Origin: an uncultured Planctomycetales bacterium
Lineage (GTDB): Bacteria > Omnitrophota > Gorgyraeia > Aquiviventales > Aquiviventaceae
DNA length: 32,803 nucleotides
Direction: 5' to 3'
NCBI GenBank assembly: GCA_964401235.1
Contig: CAYNXT010000002.1
Coordinates: forward strand, 1 to 32,803
Each line of letters opens with the position of its first letter. Position 1 is the stretch's first letter. The notes beneath the pieces were generated by a model. It saw nothing but the letters and a program-made list of their open reading frames with translations, did no database searches and was not told the origin of the DNA. The position numbers and the translations under genes were made by a program. Below, in pieces: positions 1-9,040 of the stretch.

Positions 1-214
1 TCATCTTCATATCGGTTCACCAGGATATTTTGGTGACGCACAGCCGGGAGAGGCCGGCGCGATTGAAATCGCAAATCATCTTCAGGCTCGTGTAGAAGCG
101 CTAAAGCCGTGAAAAAATCTGTCTGGATTGACAGCTTTGGATGGCCGTTGAGTGACGCTACCGTGCCAGGCACCGCGGTAGCTGGCACCGGAAGGAAAGG
201 CATCTCTATTTGGA

Positions 215-874
215 ATGAACAGTGACCGAGTGCTCATGATTGCGTTCGGGGCCTCGTTGGCTTTCCACTCGGTGTTTCTTATCGTCCAGGGTTTCTCGCT
301 GGATTGGCTGCGCGCTCCCCAGGTCAAACTCCCGCTGCAGGTGGTGTATGAGCACGAGATTGCTCAGCAGGAACTGAAGGCATTGCAGCAACAGCTGGCC
401 CGCGAGAAACGCAATACGCTCACGACCCCGACTTCTCCCACCGCAGGGGAGCGAACGCTCATTCGGGTGCCGGATCGTCCCTCCTTAAGCCTCCAGCAAA
501 ATCTCACCGCCCTGGTGTCTGGGCGATCTGCATTTGTCGATTTGACCAATCTGGTGGATGCGGCTCAAGGAGATCCGGTGCTGCTGAGTTACTTCAGCGC
601 GATTCGAGAGCAAATTCAACTCACCGCCAACCGGCAAGCCTGGATGAGCGGTGCGCCGCAACAGGGGGTGATCTACATCGCCTTCGTGTTGCACTCCGAC
701 GGGGCGGTGCAGAATGTGGAAATCGTGACAGATCGTTCCGCGCCGGCTGAGCTCTTGCGAGACATCGCCTTGCGGATCGTCAATGCGTCCGCCCCGTTTC
801 CGCCCTTTCCTCCCTCCATCCCTGAGCCGGAGAAAACCATCGTCGTTCCGCTCGAATTTCTCCTGAGCGGTTGA
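215..874 (+). CDS. TonB-family energy transducer (TM anchor, linker, TonB C-terminal domain)
   Basis: 219-aa ORF. Hydrophobic N-terminus (VLMIAFGASLAFHSVFLIV). C-terminal GVIYIAFVLHSDGAVQNVEIV...APFPPFPPSI...VVPLEF resembles the TonB_C fold signature. Confidence 0.7.
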   Translation: MNSDRVLMIAFGASLAFHSVFLIVQGFSLDWLRAPQVKLPLQVVYEHEIAQQELKALQQQLAREKRNTLTTPTSPTAGERTLIRVPDRPSLSLQQNLTALVSGRSAFVDLTNLVDAAQGDPVLLSYFSAIREQIQLTANRQAWMSGAPQQGVIYIAFVLHSDGAVQNVEIVTDRSAPAELLRDIALRIVNASAPFPPFPPSIPEPEKTIVVPLEFLLSG

Positions 875-891
875 TAAAAGAGGGGGTGGGG

Positions 892-920
892 TTGACACCC
901 CGAATCGCGTCATCTATAAT
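892..920 (+). promoter_or_regulatory. Sigma-70 type promoter for rpsU (TTGACA-17 nt-TATAAT)
   Basis: Exact TTGACA at 892-897, a 17-nt spacer, and exact TATAAT at 915-920, 22 nt upstream of the rpsU ATG. Confidence 0.6.
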
Positions 921-941
921 AACTCCTTAAGGTTACCCCAT

Positions 942-1127
942 ATGCCACGTGTCGAAGTTCGAGATGATGAATCGCTAGAAAAGGCGCTCAGACGCTTTAA
1001 GCGGATGCTGGAGCGAGAGGGTGTGCTCAAAGCCCTCAAGGCGAAGAAGCATTATGAGAAGCCCAGCGAACGCAAGCGCCGAGAGCTCCGTCAAGCCATT
1101 AGCCGCCGTGCCCGCACGCCGGTGTAG
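942..1127 (+). CDS. rpsU: 30S ribosomal protein S21
   Basis: 61 aa. MPRVEVRDDESLEKALRRFKR...EKPSERKRRE is the canonical S21 pattern. Confidence 0.95.
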   Translation: MPRVEVRDDESLEKALRRFKRMLEREGVLKALKAKKHYEKPSERKRRELRQAISRRARTPV

Positions 1128-1191
1128 TGCATCCGCTACGATTCGGGCGGCGGTCGTTGCAGTCGTCGTCCTAGGTAGCAGCCCATTCAGC

Positions 1192-3759
1192 ATGTCTGGA
1201 GCCCAACCCGCATCCCCGATCGACTCCCGTGCCGGCGTGCAACAACTCCCCTTCGAAAATGGCTTAACCGTGGTCTGGGAAGAAGATCATCGGCAGCCAT
1301 TGGTGGCCATTGAAGTTCGCATTCAGGGGGGCTTGCGCGGGGAAGGCCCCTACGTGGGAACCGGGATCACCCATTTCATTGAACATATGCTCTTTAAAGG
1401 CACGCCGACGCGTCCGCCTGGATCCATCGAACAAGAGGTACGGCGCTACGGAGGCACCATCAACGCCTTCACCTCGCTGGATACCACCGGGGTGTCGCTC
1501 TTTGTCGAATCCCGCTATCTCAAAGACAGCCTGGCGATGCTGGCCGACATTCTCCAGCATGCCGTGTTTGACGAGCAGGAGTTTCAGAAGGAGCGGGCCG
1601 TCATTATCTCCGAGATCCAGATGAATGAGGATGATCCGGATCGCCGGCTGCATCATCTTTTCTGGAACCGTCATTATCTTGAGCATCCCTATCGCCATCC
1701 CATCCTCGGCTATCAATCGCTGTTGGAGGAACTCACGGTCGAGGATCTGCGCAAACTCTATGCGGCCCAGTACCAGCCGCAGAACATCGCCATCGCGTGC
1801 GCCGGTGACCTTGAGGCATCGACCATCACCCCCTTGATGCAGGAGTTGTTCGGCGACTGGAAGCGCGGGGTCACCGATCCACTTCAGCAAATCGTCCCGC
1901 CTGAGCCTCCGCCGGCCAGCGCGAAAGAGGTGATCGTGGAGCGGCCGGTGCAGCATGCCTATAGCATGCTGGGGTTTCTTTCCACTCGCTTGTCCGACCC
2001 GGACCTGTATCCGCTTGACGTCCTGGCCAACATTCTCGGGCATGGCAAGAGCTCGCGACTCTATGACACCCTCGTGCGCAAACGCCAGCTTGCGCACATC
2101 GCTTCGGCGTGGAACTACACGCCTTCTGATCCGGGCGTCTTTGGCATGAGCTTGCGCACCGATCCTGAGAAGATGCGCGAGGCGATCGACGGTGTTACGG
2201 CGATTCTCCGCGAGATCCAAGAGCACGGGGTTTCTGCGGCGGAGCTAAGCAAGGCCAAGCGCTCGGTCAGCGCCGACTATGTCTTCAATTTGCAAACCGT
2301 TGAAGCGCGGGCAGGGGATTTGGCCAACTCGCTCATCGCCACCGGTGATCCGCTTTTTTCTCGACGCTACGTCACAGGTATTGAGCAGGTCACCACGCAG
2401 CAGGTGCAAGAGGCCGCCCGCCGCTATTGCGATCACGCGAAAATGACGACCGCCATCATTCGACCCCCTGTGGCTGCGCCTGCAGCTCCCCCTCGACCTG
2501 AACGGTCAAGCGACCCCATTCCGATGACCAAGACGATGCTCAAGAACGGTGTCACCGTCATCGTGGGGGAAGAGTCGTTTCTGCCGATGGCTGCAGTCGT
2601 CGTGGGATTCCGCGGAGGGGTGCGCGTCGAGTCGGAAGCCGAGCAGGGGCTCTCCAACTTGGTGGCCCAAATGCTCACCAAGGGGACCAAGCGCCGGACG
2701 GCGTTGGCGATTGCGCAGGAGGTCGAGTCGTTGGGAGGCGTGCTCGAGCCCTTTAGCGGGCGGGACGGGTTTGGACTTGTGCTGCAAGTGCTTTCTCAGG
2801 ATCTGACACAGGGCGTGAACTTGCTCCAAGAGCTCATCAGCGAGTCGACGTTTCCGGAGGAGGAGCTGGCGATCCAACGCCACCTCATTGCCAAACAACT
2901 GCAGGCGCAAGAAGATGAAATTTTTGACATGGGTGGGCGACTGATGCGCCAGACCCTGTTCCCGAGCCACCCGTACCGGTTCAACCCGTTAGGCAGCCGC
3001 GCGTCGCTTGAGCAGCTTTCTCGTGCGCACTGTATGGAATTTGCGCGCCAGCGGTTGGTAGGGTCGAATCTCGTGACCGCGATCGTGGGTCGCGTGGAGA
3101 CTGGGTCAATTCAGCGCCATCTTGAGCAGGTCTTCGGAACCCTACCCAAAGGCGAGCCCTCGTGGCCTGAGTTGTTGACCGAACAACCCCTGACCGGCGT
3201 GCGCGAGTCCTTGCTGAGGATGGACCGGGAGCAAGCCCTGATCATGCTGGGGTTTCGTGGCAGCACCTACCGCGCTCAGGAACGCTCTACTCTAGATGTC
3301 ATGACCGCGATGCTCTCCGGCATGGCCGGGCGGTTGTTTCAATCGGTCCGCGAGACACACGGGCTCTCTTACACTTTAGGAGCAGTGAATGTCCCAGCGT
3401 GGGATCCGGGTTATGTGCTGGTCTACGCGGCGACGCGGCCCCAAGAGCGCTCACGGGTTCTTGAGTTGCTGACCGAGCAGCTTCGAAAAGCCGCCGCGGA
3501 AGGATTTACCGAGAAGGAGTTGGACCAGGCCAAACGCCACTTGGTCGGTCATTATCGTCTGGAATTGCAGCAGCTGGCCGGGGTCGCGCGGCAATCCGTT
3601 CTGGATGAGCTCTATGGGCTCGGCTACGATGCCTGGAAACGGTATGAAGAACGGATCAATGCCGTAACACTGGACATAGTCAATGAAGCCGCCGCGCGCT
3701 ATTTGACAGTCGATCAGCGTGCACAAGTCATCATTTCACCCAATGGCCCTGCGCACTAG
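1192..3759 (+). CDS. Fused two-module M16 (pitrilysin/insulinase) family zinc peptidase, PqqL-like
   Basis: The N-module carries the inverted zinc motif HFIEH (HxxEH). A second M16-like module after ~residue 500 lacks HxxEH. The ORF is open from 1021 but that overlaps rpsU. The first ATG after the rpsU stop is 1192. An upstream hydrophobic stretch (IRAAVVAVVVLGSS) suggests a non-ATG start near 1141 is possible. Confidence 0.85.
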   Translation: MSGAQPASPIDSRAGVQQLPFENGLTVVWEEDHRQPLVAIEVRIQGGLRGEGPYVGTGITHFIEHMLFKGTPTRPPGSIEQEVRRYGGTINAFTSLDTTGVSLFVESRYLKDSLAMLADILQHAVFDEQEFQKERAVIISEIQMNEDDPDRRLHHLFWNRHYLEHPYRHPILGYQSLLEELTVEDLRKLYAAQYQPQNIAIACAGDLEASTITPLMQELFGDWKRGVTDPLQQIVPPEPPPASAKEVIVERPVQHAYSMLGFLSTRLSDPDLYPLDVLANILGHGKSSRLYDTLVRKRQLAHIASAWNYTPSDPGVFGMSLRTDPEKMREAIDGVTAILREIQEHGVSAAELSKAKRSVSADYVFNLQTVEARAGDLANSLIATGDPLFSRRYVTGIEQVTTQQVQEAARRYCDHAKMTTAIIRPPVAAPAAPPRPERSSDPIPMTKTMLKNGVTVIVGEESFLPMAAVVVGFRGGVRVESEAEQGLSNLVAQMLTKGTKRRTALAIAQEVESLGGVLEPFSGRDGFGLVLQVLSQDLTQGVNLLQELISESTFPEEELAIQRHLIAKQLQAQEDEIFDMGGRLMRQTLFPSHPYRFNPLGSRASLEQLSRAHCMEFARQRLVGSNLVTAIVGRVETGSIQRHLEQVFGTLPKGEPSWPELLTEQPLTGVRESLLRMDREQALIMLGFRGSTYRAQERSTLDVMTAMLSGMAGRLFQSVRETHGLSYTLGAVNVPAWDPGYVLVYAATRPQERSRVLELLTEQLRKAAAEGFTEKELDQAKRHLVGHYRLELQQLAGVARQSVLDELYGLGYDAWKRYEERINAVTLDIVNEAAARYLTVDQRAQVIISPNGPAH

Positions 3760-3789
3760 CTCAAAATAGAAGGGGTCGAATGTGAGACG

Positions 3790-4611
3790 ATGATAGTTTC
3801 TTGCGTGAGACGGCCAGGGGTGGCGGGATATTACTACCCGGCGCAGGCGGATCAGCTTGCACAAGCTATTCGCAGACTCACCAAGGGCGATCCGTCGCCG
3901 ATGGCCGCACAGGCCGTGGTGGTGCCCCATGGGAGCCTGGATCGCTGTGGTGCTGTCACTGGATCGACGCTCTCGCGAGTCCGCCTCCCTCGGCGCTGCA
4001 TTCTTCTGGGGCCTTCCCATACCGGGACCTGGCTGCCATGGGCGGTGATGGGGGCCGGAGCGTACCGCACCCCGCTTGGAGAGGTTCCGATCGATGAGCG
4101 CTGTGTCGAGGCGTTGCTGAAGCGATGCCCGTTTCTCACGGTTGATCCGTCGGCCCATCGCGGCGAGCATGCGCTGGAAGTGATCCTGCCGTTTCTGCAA
4201 GCGCTGGGGCCAAGCGATCTACAGATCGTTCCGGTGGTCATGGGCATTGACGATGTGGAGGAGTGCCATATGATGGCGCAAGCCCTCGCTCAGGTGGTGC
4301 GGCTCCAAGAAGAACCTGTGTTACTGGTGGCCAGCAGCGATTTGTCGCAGTATCAGCCGGTCGATCGGGTTCGCGCGAACGATCGCCATGTCGTCGATGC
4401 CCTCGTCACCTTGGATAGTGCTGCCCTACGACATCAAATGGCTCAGGAGCGTGGGGCGTTCTGCGGGTTTGGAGCGCTCCTGTGTGTGATGGAGGCGGCC
4501 CGTCGGCTTGGGGCAACGCACGGCACGCTTCACGCCTATGCGACGAGTGCCGATGCCGGAGGCGATCCCTATGCGGCGGTCGGCTACGCCGGAGTGATGC
4601 TTCATGACTGA
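3790..4611 (+). CDS. MEMO1-family protein (AmmeMemoRadiSam system protein B-like)
   Basis: 273 aa. VAGYYYPA...VVVPHGSLDRCG...GPSHTG...GEHALEVILPFLQ match the MEMO/extradiol-dioxygenase-B-like signature. Confidence 0.8.
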   Translation: MIVSCVRRPGVAGYYYPAQADQLAQAIRRLTKGDPSPMAAQAVVVPHGSLDRCGAVTGSTLSRVRLPRRCILLGPSHTGTWLPWAVMGAGAYRTPLGEVPIDERCVEALLKRCPFLTVDPSAHRGEHALEVILPFLQALGPSDLQIVPVVMGIDDVEECHMMAQALAQVVRLQEEPVLLVASSDLSQYQPVDRVRANDRHVVDALVTLDSAALRHQMAQERGAFCGFGALLCVMEAARRLGATHGTLHAYATSADAGGDPYAAVGYAGVMLHD

Positions 4612-4972
4612 ACCGGTCGAGAAGCGCGTCGATGAGTCGTGGAAAGAGCAGGCCGAGCGTGAAAAACAAGTTCCAGGCTCGCCGACGCCTGAACCCTCAC
4701 GCAGCCGGGAAGAGCCTGAAGGGCCTGTGCAAGCACGGTTTGAACTGTTTATTTCCGGCATTGCGATGGAGGCGCTGATTGCGCTGGGCGATGTGCCGCA
4801 CCCGGTCACACGCAAACAAGCGGCCAACCTGGGTCAGGCAAAATACGCGATCGATTTGCTGGGCATTATCGAAGAAAAAACAAAAGGCAATTTGACGGTT
4901 GATGAGCAGCGGTTGCTCACCGATACGCTGTATCAACTCCGTATGCGGTATTTGACGAAGGCAGGTGGCTAA
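4604..4972 (+). CDS. DUF1844 domain protein
   Basis: 122 aa. FELFISGIAMEALIALG...AKYAIDLLGIIEEKTKGNL is typical of DUF1844. It overlaps the upstream gene by 8 nt. Confidence 0.65.
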   Translation: MTEPVEKRVDESWKEQAEREKQVPGSPTPEPSRSREEPEGPVQARFELFISGIAMEALIALGDVPHPVTRKQAANLGQAKYAIDLLGIIEEKTKGNLTVDEQRLLTDTLYQLRMRYLTKAGG

Positions 4973-6018
4973 TGGACTTCATCGTCGGGTTTATTTTAGT
5001 CATGGTGCTCCTCTATGTTGTCCGGCAGGCCGCTGTCCTAAAGTCGACAGCCGTGGCGCTCAAGTCTGAACTAGATGAGTTCAAGACGAGAGGATTTGAT
5101 GAGCTTATTCGGCTTAAGGTTGAATCATTCGAAAACGCTGCGAGGAGACAGGTCGAGGAACGAGAACTGCTGATCAAGCAGAGGGATGAGGAACTTATCA
5201 AACGGCAGCAGTACAGCCTTGAACAGATTACTCAAATCCATCAGGGGTTTGGGGCGGTCCAGACGAAAATCGAAGGACTGCGCGATTTGCAAGGAAAGGT
5301 CGGCGAACTCAATGATTTGTTAAAACCACAGCAGCTCCGCGGAGAGCTCGGCGAAGTCATTGTCCGCAACCTCCTCGCCGACAAGTTACCCAAACAGTAC
5401 GAAGAGGATTATACGTTCTCGGACGGGAAGAAGGTCGAGTTTGTGGTGCGCCTCAGCGAGAAGTTGATTCCGATTGATTCAAAACTCCAGTTGGAAGATT
5501 ACAAGAGGATGCGGAGTGCTGATCAGCAGCAACGTCCGGCTCTTCGGACGGAGTTCAAACGAAAGGTCCGACAGAAGATTGATGAAGTAAAGGAATACAT
5601 CCGGCCGCAGGAGGGAACCTACAATTTTGCTCTGATGGTTATTCCGTCGGAGGCCGTGTTCTACGAGTTAGTGGCGAGCAAGGATTTCACGGAAGACGGC
5701 GGCCTGTATGAATACGCACAAGCAAAGAATGTATTTCTGACTTCACCGTTGACGTTCTGGGCATATCTCGTCACGATCGCTCAGGGGCTAAAAGGGCTTG
5801 AAATCGAACATCGCGCAGAAGAGGTGCTAGCTGCGCTCCAGCACTTGGCCTCGCAGGTCCGCAATTTTTCCCAAGAGGAATTTCGAAAGGTCGGAGTCCA
5901 CCTCCGAAACGCGAACAGCCAGTATGACCAGGCAGAGAAGGCCCTTAAGGATGTGGATCAAACCTTGACGAACGTTGAACGCATTAAAACACCCCACCAG
6001 GAGGAAGTCCTCCCATGA
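4972..6018 (+). CDS. rmuC: DNA recombination protein RmuC
   Basis: 348 aa. N-terminal TM segment plus coiled coil. RGELGEVIVRNLL...FVVRL...IPIDSK is the RmuC nuclease-like core. Its start shares the TAATG overlap with the upstream stop. Confidence 0.85.
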   Translation: MDFIVGFILVMVLLYVVRQAAVLKSTAVALKSELDEFKTRGFDELIRLKVESFENAARRQVEERELLIKQRDEELIKRQQYSLEQITQIHQGFGAVQTKIEGLRDLQGKVGELNDLLKPQQLRGELGEVIVRNLLADKLPKQYEEDYTFSDGKKVEFVVRLSEKLIPIDSKLQLEDYKRMRSADQQQRPALRTEFKRKVRQKIDEVKEYIRPQEGTYNFALMVIPSEAVFYELVASKDFTEDGGLYEYAQAKNVFLTSPLTFWAYLVTIAQGLKGLEIEHRAEEVLAALQHLASQVRNFSQEEFRKVGVHLRNANSQYDQAEKALKDVDQTLTNVERIKTPHQEEVLP

Positions 6019-6179
6019 TTGATCCAAAACTGTTGGAAATTCTTGCGTGCCCCGCTTGCAAAACCGAGATCCAGCTTGAAGGCGAGCGCTTGGTCTGTGT
6101 GCGGTGTCATCGGCGCTACCCGATTCGCGACGGCATCCCCGTGATGCTCATTGAGGAAGCCGAGCGACCTAGCGCATGA
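6015..6179 (+). CDS. Trm112/UPF0434 (YcaR-like) zinc-ribbon protein
   Basis: 54-aa ORF below the ORF-track cutoff: [16 protein letters not shown]...[24 protein letters not shown] (CPxC...CxxC and [11 protein letters not shown] motif). ATGA overlaps with rmuC (5') and aroQ (3'). Coordinates could be off by 1 nt. Confidence 0.7.
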   Translation: MIDPKLLEILACPACKTEIQLEGERLVCVRCHRRYPIRDGIPVMLIEEAERPSA

Positions 6180-6613
6180 AGATCCTGGTCATCCACGGTC
6201 CGAATCTGCAGTTGTTGGGTGGGCGCCGGCCGGCCATGTATGGCACGACCGATTTGGCGACGATCAACAAGGACCTTAAGCGCCTGGCCGTCTTGCGCGG
6301 CGTGAAGATGACGATCGTCCAGTCCAATCATGAGGGCGAGATTGTCGAGACGATCGGGCAGGCGAAGGGCCGTTTTGACGGGTTGCTGATCAATCCCGCC
6401 GCGTACACCCACACGAGCGTGGCGATCCGCGACGCGATCGAAGCCGCCGGGCTCCCCACCGTCGAGGTGCATCTGTCCAACATTTACGCGCGGGAAGAGT
6501 TCCGGCAGCACTCGCTTATCGCGCCGGTCGCACAGGGACAGGTCTGCGGCTTCGGGCCTGTAAGCTATCGGCTGGGGCTGGACGCGCTCATTACCTCACT
6601 GGAGAAGGGATGA
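6176..6613 (+). CDS. aroQ: Type II 3-dehydroquinate dehydratase
   Basis: [15 protein letters not shown]...SNHEGEIV...[16 protein letters not shown]...VEVHLSNI. Confidence 0.95.
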   Translation: MKILVIHGPNLQLLGGRRPAMYGTTDLATINKDLKRLAVLRGVKMTIVQSNHEGEIVETIGQAKGRFDGLLINPAAYTHTSVAIRDAIEAAGLPTVEVHLSNIYAREEFRQHSLIAPVAQGQVCGFGPVSYRLGLDALITSLEKG

Positions 6614-7167
6614 TTTCCACGAATGAGTTTAAGAATGGCGAGGCCATCGTCATGGATGGCCAGCTCTGGCTGATCGTCGAATATCAGCATGTCAAGCCAG
6701 GCAAAGGAGGCGCATTTGTCCGCACCAAGTTGCGCCGGATGCGCGATGATTCGGTGATCGAGCGGACGTTCCGAGCCGGCGAAAAGTTCCAGGAAGCCTA
6801 CATCGAGAAGCGCTCGCTGCAGTATCTGTATCGCTCGGCTGATACGTTCCATCTCATGGATACCAAGTCGTTTGAAGAGGTGACGGTGCCGGCTGAGATT
6901 CTCGGGAAGGGAGCCGGCTTTCTCAAAGAAAATATGGAGCTGGAAGGCCAGTTTCATGACGGGCAGCTTATTGGCATCGCACCCCCCATGTTTGTGGACG
7001 TGCACATTCAGAGCACCGAACCCGGCGTTCGGGGTGACACCTCCAAGGGGGGGATGAAGCCGGCAACTTTGGAGACCGGTGCCACGATTCAAGTGCCCCT
7101 GTTTGTGGATACCGGGGACCTGATCCGGGTCGATACGAGAACCGGATCGTACGTCTCTCGCGTGTAA
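6610..7167 (+). CDS. efp: Elongation factor P
   Basis: 185 aa. STNEFKNG...[17 protein letters not shown]... Confidence 0.95.
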   Translation: MISTNEFKNGEAIVMDGQLWLIVEYQHVKPGKGGAFVRTKLRRMRDDSVIERTFRAGEKFQEAYIEKRSLQYLYRSADTFHLMDTKSFEEVTVPAEILGKGAGFLKENMELEGQFHDGQLIGIAPPMFVDVHIQSTEPGVRGDTSKGGMKPATLETGATIQVPLFVDTGDLIRVDTRTGSYVSRV

Positions 7168-7181
7168 CGAGGGAGGGTGCA

Positions 7182-7658
7182 GTGGAGAAACGTCTGAAGT
7201 CATCCGACCGAGAAGCGTTTCGCCTGATCGAAGAGATGCTCCAGCTCATGGAAAGCCGCGGGCTGGTGGAGTTGGAAATGGAGCATCAAGGACTGCGCAT
7301 CCGCCTGAAAAAAGCCACGACGAGCCCCTCCCCTCAGATCGTTGAATATGTCACTGGCCTGCCGCAGCCTCAAGCCGCAGGGGCTGCTACCATGAAGCCT
7401 ATTGAAGAAGGCCGCCGCATCATCATCAAGTCGCCGATGGTCGGCACCTTTTACCGAACGCCGGCGCCTGATGCGCCACCATTTGTGGAAGTCGGCCAGG
7501 ACCTTGAAGTCGGGCAGGTGGTCTGCATTATCGAGGCCATGAAGTTGATGAATGAAATCAAGTCCGAAGTCGCCGGGCGCATTACCGAAATTCATCTTCA
7601 AAATGGCGATCCGGTGGAGTTCGGCCAGCCGCTGTTCACCGTTGAACCCCCCGCATAG
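7182..7658 (+). CDS. accB: Acetyl-CoA carboxylase biotin carboxyl carrier protein
   Basis: GTG start after a GGGAGGG Shine-Dalgarno sequence. Biotinylation motif CIIEAMKLMNEI. Pro/Ala linker. Confidence 0.93.
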   Translation: MEKRLKSSDREAFRLIEEMLQLMESRGLVELEMEHQGLRIRLKKATTSPSPQIVEYVTGLPQPQAAGAATMKPIEEGRRIIIKSPMVGTFYRTPAPDAPPFVEVGQDLEVGQVVCIIEAMKLMNEIKSEVAGRITEIHLQNGDPVEFGQPLFTVEPPA

Positions 7659-7690
7659 CCCGGTCCTTGCGCTTCGGGCGTGAGGCACAC

Positions 7691-9040
7691 ATGTTTTCAA
7701 AAATTCTGATAGCCAATCGTGGCGAAATTGCGGTTCGGATCATCCGCACCTGTAAGGAGATGGGGATCCGAACGGTCGCCATTTATTCCGAGGCCGACCG
7801 CAACAGTCTGCATGTCCGGCTGGCGGATGAGGCCATTTGCGTCGGCGGCCCCAAAGCCGGGCAGAGCTACCTCAATATTCCCGCCATCGTCAGCGCGGCG
7901 GAGATCACCGATGTGGATGGCATCCATCCTGGCTACGGCTTTCTCTCCCAAAACGCCCACTTTGCGGAAATCTGCGAGTCCTGCAATATCAGCTTTATCG
8001 GGCCCTCGGCCCAGGCCATTCGGCTCATGGGCGATAAGATCGCGGCCAAGGATCTGATGCGCAAGGCCGGCATCCCGATCATTCCGGGCAGCATGACGGC
8101 GGTCAAGAGCAAGGAGGAAGCGCTCAAGACCGCTCGGCGCATTCAGTATCCGGTCATCGTTAAGGCAGCTGGCGGGGGCGGGGGGCGCGGCATGCGCGTG
8201 TGCCACAACGACGTGCGGCTCATCAGCGCGCTCATGACCTGCCAAGCCGAGGCCGAAGCGAGTTTCGGTAACAGTGACGTCTTTGTAGAAAAGTATCTCG
8301 AAGAGCCTCGCCACGTCGAGTTCCAGATTCTGGGAGATAAGTCCGGGCACATCATCCATCTGGGGGAGCGCGACTGCACCATTCAGCGGCGCCATCAAAA
8401 GCTCATCGAGGAAGCTCCATCGCCGGCAGTGGACGCCAAGCTGCGGCGCAAGATGGGCGAGCTGGCGGTGCGCGGGGCCAAGGCTGCCGGGTATTCTTCG
8501 GCCGGCACAGTGGAGTTTCTCTTGAACAAGGACGGCTCGTTTTACTTTATCGAAATGAATACGAGGATCCAGGTAGAGCATCCGGTGACGGAGATGGTGA
8601 CCGGATTGGATCTGATCAAAGAGCAGATTCGGATCGCGGCAGGTGAATCGCTGGGGATGAAGCAGGATGACGTGACCATCGAGGGATGGGCCATTGAGTG
8701 CCGCATCAATGCGGAAGATCCCTCCAATGGGTTTAGCCCAAGTCCGGGACGCATTGCGGTCTATCATGCACCAGGGGGCCGAGGGGTGCGGGTGGATACG
8801 CATGTCGGCACCGGCTATGACGTGTCGCCGTACTATGACTCGATGCTTGCGAAGCTGATTACGACCGGCTCGACGCGGGAGCAGGCCATTCGGGTGATGC
8901 AGCGCGCGCTGGAGGAGTTCCTGATCGAGCCGCTGCGCACGACCATTCCGCTGCACCGGCAAATCTTCAGCGATCCGGTGTTCTGGCGTGGGCAGATCAG
9001 CACGGACTACATTGATCAACTCATGGGAGAAAAGGAATAA
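7691..9040 (+). CDS. accC: Acetyl-CoA carboxylase biotin carboxylase subunit
   Basis: MFSKILIANRGEIAVRIIR..., ATP-grasp GGGGRGMR, EMNTRIQVEHPVTE. The ATG at 7691 is preferred over the ORF-track start at 7667. Confidence 0.95.
   Translation: MFSKILIANRGEIAVRIIRTCKEMGIRTVAIYSEADRNSLHVRLADEAICVGGPKAGQSYLNIPAIVSAAEITDVDGIHPGYGFLSQNAHFAEICESCNISFIGPSAQAIRLMGDKIAAKDLMRKAGIPIIPGSMTAVKSKEEALKTARRIQYPVIVKAAGGGGGRGMRVCHNDVRLISALMTCQAEAEASFGNSDVFVEKYLEEPRHVEFQILGDKSGHIIHLGERDCTIQRRHQKLIEEAPSPAVDAKLRRKMGELAVRGAKAAGYSSAGTVEFLLNKDGSFYFIEMNTRIQVEHPVTEMVTGLDLIKEQIRIAAGESLGMKQDDVTIEGWAIECRINAEDPSNGFSPSPGRIAVYHAPGGRGVRVDTHVGTGYDVSPYYDSMLAKLITTGSTREQAIRVMQRALEEFLIEPLRTTIPLHRQIFSDPVFWRGQISTDYIDQLMGEKE

Noticed and set aside
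2-112. An open frame running in from the left edge and ending at TGA 110-112 (...LHIGSPGYFGDAQPGEAGAIEIANHLQARVEALKP).
   Set aside because: It may be the 3' end of an upstream gene, but at 36 codons with no recognisable motif it has too little support to call.
1021-1191. ORF-track start of the M16 peptidase at 1021.
   Set aside because: It overlaps almost all of rpsU in another frame. The start must lie after 1127, either at ATG 1192 or at a non-canonical start near 1141.
3790-4611. A possible AmmeMemoRadiSam three-gene system.
   Set aside because: Only the MEMO-like (B) component is present. No AMMECR1 or radical-SAM partner lies within the window, so no system can be claimed here.
7697-9019. 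Long antisense ORFs opposite accC (440 aa). The same applies to 1264-2226, 18661-19494, 23521-24297 and 26300-27277 on the - strand.
   Set aside because: They are shadow ORFs typical of GC-rich coding DNA. Their translations are Arg/Pro/Gly/Ala-rich with no motifs, and each is fully covered by a well-supported + strand gene.
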